A stretch of DNA of 64,000 nt. Source: Camelus ferus (taxonomy: Eukaryota). Under the pieces are notes generated by a model that was not told the origin of the DNA, did not search any database, and saw only the letters and a program-made list of their open reading frames with translations. Location of the stretch: positions 746,001-810,000 of the forward strand of contig NC_045697.1 of NCBI RefSeq assembly GCF_009834535.1, written 5' to 3'. Both the position numbers and the translations under genes were made by a program. Below are positions 62,400 to 64,000 of this stretch, piece after piece (within the stretch, counting starts at the first letter, position 1; each line of letters begins with the position of its first letter).

Positions 62400-63657
62400 T
62401 TTTTAACCATTGTTAACTTATGTATTTATTTTACAATATAATTTTCAAACTGAAGTGTGGTTGATGTACAATATTCTATGTTACAGGCATACTGCCTAGC
62501 GACTCACAGATTTTTAAAGGCTATACTCCATTTATACCGACTACGCCCTGTTGGCCGTATTCCCCACGTTGTGCGTACACCCTGGCAGCTTATTTCACAC
62601 CTGGTAGTTTGTGCCTCTTAGTGCTCCGCCTCCATCTTGCCCCTCCCCCTCCCTCTCCCCACTGGGCACCACTCGCTCCTTCTCTGCATCTGTGAGTCCG
62701 TTTCTCTTCTGTTATGTTCACTGGTTTGTTGTATTTTTTTAGACTCCACATGTAAGTGATATCTAACAGTGTTTGTCTTTCTCTGTCTGACTTATTTCAC
62801 TAAGCATAATGCCCTCCAGGTCCATCCATGCTGTACGTCGTAAGCAAACACAACATTGTAAATCAACTGCACTTCAATTAAAAAGCAAACAAAAAACCAA
62901 CCCATTTAAAATATGGGCAGAAGAACTGAACAGACATTTTTCCAAAAGAAGAAATGCAGATGGCCAACGGGAACATGAAAAGTTGCTCAACATCACTTAT
63001 ATCAGAAATTCAAATCAAAATCACAGTGAGACGTCATCTCAAACCTGTCAGAATGGCCATCATCAAAAAGAACACAAATAACAAATGTCGGCCAGGATGT
63101 GGAGAAAAGGGAAGCCTTGTACACTGGTGGTGGGAATGAAAATTGGCGCAGCCACTATGGAAAACAATATGGAGGTTTCTCAAAAAACTAAAAATAGAAC
63201 CACCATATGGCCCAGCAACTCCACTCCTGGGCATATATCCAAGAAAGACAAAAACATTAACTCGGAAAGATACATACACTCTGCTATTAACAACAGCATT
63301 ATTTATAATTACCAGGATATGGAAGCATCCTAAGTGCACATCAGTAGATGATTGGGTAAAGAAGATGTAGCACATATACACAATGGAATATAACTCACCC
63401 ACGAAAAAGAGGATATTTTGCCATCTGCGGCCTTCATTCACTTTTTTTTGCACTTCAAAAACCAGAAATTTATAACTGGCATAAACATTTCCATTGCATC
63501 AAAAACAACAAAATGCCTAGAAATAAACTTAACCAAGTAGGTTACCTATACTCTGAAAACTGTAAAACATTGGTGAAGGAAATTGAAGATGATACAAAGA
63601 AATGGGAAGACATCTTGTGCTCTTGGATTGGAAGAACCAACATTAGCAAAATTGCCA
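62400..63657 (-). mobile_element. Rearranged (5'-inverted, multi-segment) L1 insertion with 15-bp TSD
   Basis: TSD ttggctttattcttt at 62385-62399 and 63658-63672; antisense 3' UTR at 62400-62834; plus-strand ORF2 pieces ([61 protein letters not shown]). Confidence 0.9.
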
Positions 63658-63764
63658 TTGGCTTTATTCTTTCATTCCCCGAATTCGGTGGTCAGAAAAC
63701 AACCCCTGAAATGTGACTGCTGGGAGCACAGGATGGATTTAACCCTTCTGGGGGAAGGACAATA

Positions 63765-63845
63765 TTCAACAGAGACCATCTGTGGCCCTCAAAATCCAAA
63801 ATGTTTACTATCTGGCTGTTGCAAGAGGAAGTTTGCTGACCTTTG
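63765..63845 (+). mobile_element. MER58-like hAT-Charlie DNA transposon end
   Basis: cagagaccatctgtggccctcaaaatccaaaatgtttactatctggctgttgcaagaggaagtttgctgacc. Confidence 0.7.
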
Positions 63846-64000
63846 TTGAATTTCTTAAATTATATGCTCAGCTCATTAATTTTCACTTTTTTCCTAACAT
63901 AATCACACAGGGGTATAAATTCCCCCCCCCCCCAGTCACAGCCTCAGATGTATTCGGCAAGTTTAATTTGAAGCATTTTCATTGTCACTCTGTTCTAAGT

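Noticed and set aside
1..64000. Prokaryotic-type systems (CRISPR arrays, operons, defence islands) and assignment to a named gene locus
   Set aside because: The sequence is clearly mammalian with no repeat-spacer arrays, and there is no exon or uniquely recognisable element to name the locus.

Overview
A very GC-rich, non-coding mammalian interval. Two tRNA-derived SINEs resembling the camelid Vic-1 family suggest a camel, alpaca or llama genome. I can support no intact protein-coding gene, tRNA or rRNA. The hundreds of ORFs in the track are what GC-rich DNA produces by chance, and the only recognisable peptides are decayed LINE-1 ORF2 pieces. The window holds: (i) about 16 sharply bounded AT-rich, non-repetitive islands rich in homeodomain, PBX-HOX, GATA, SOX and POU motifs, typical of conserved non-coding enhancers around a developmental regulator lying outside the window (locus not identifiable from sequence alone); (ii) a CpG island near 7.7-8.7 kb; (iii) nested LINE-1, MaLR/ERVL LTR, MIR, SINE and hAT fragments. 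The best-supported unusual structures are a ~1.08 kb orphan retroposed insert with a TSD and L1 endonuclease site, a 180-bp near-identical templated duplication 3,808 bp apart, a four-segment inverted L1 insertion inside one 15-bp TSD, and patchy AT-to-GC conversion of old repeats. I found no convincing novel biological system. Repeat subfamily names come from remembered consensus sequences and need RepeatMasker/Dfam confirmation.
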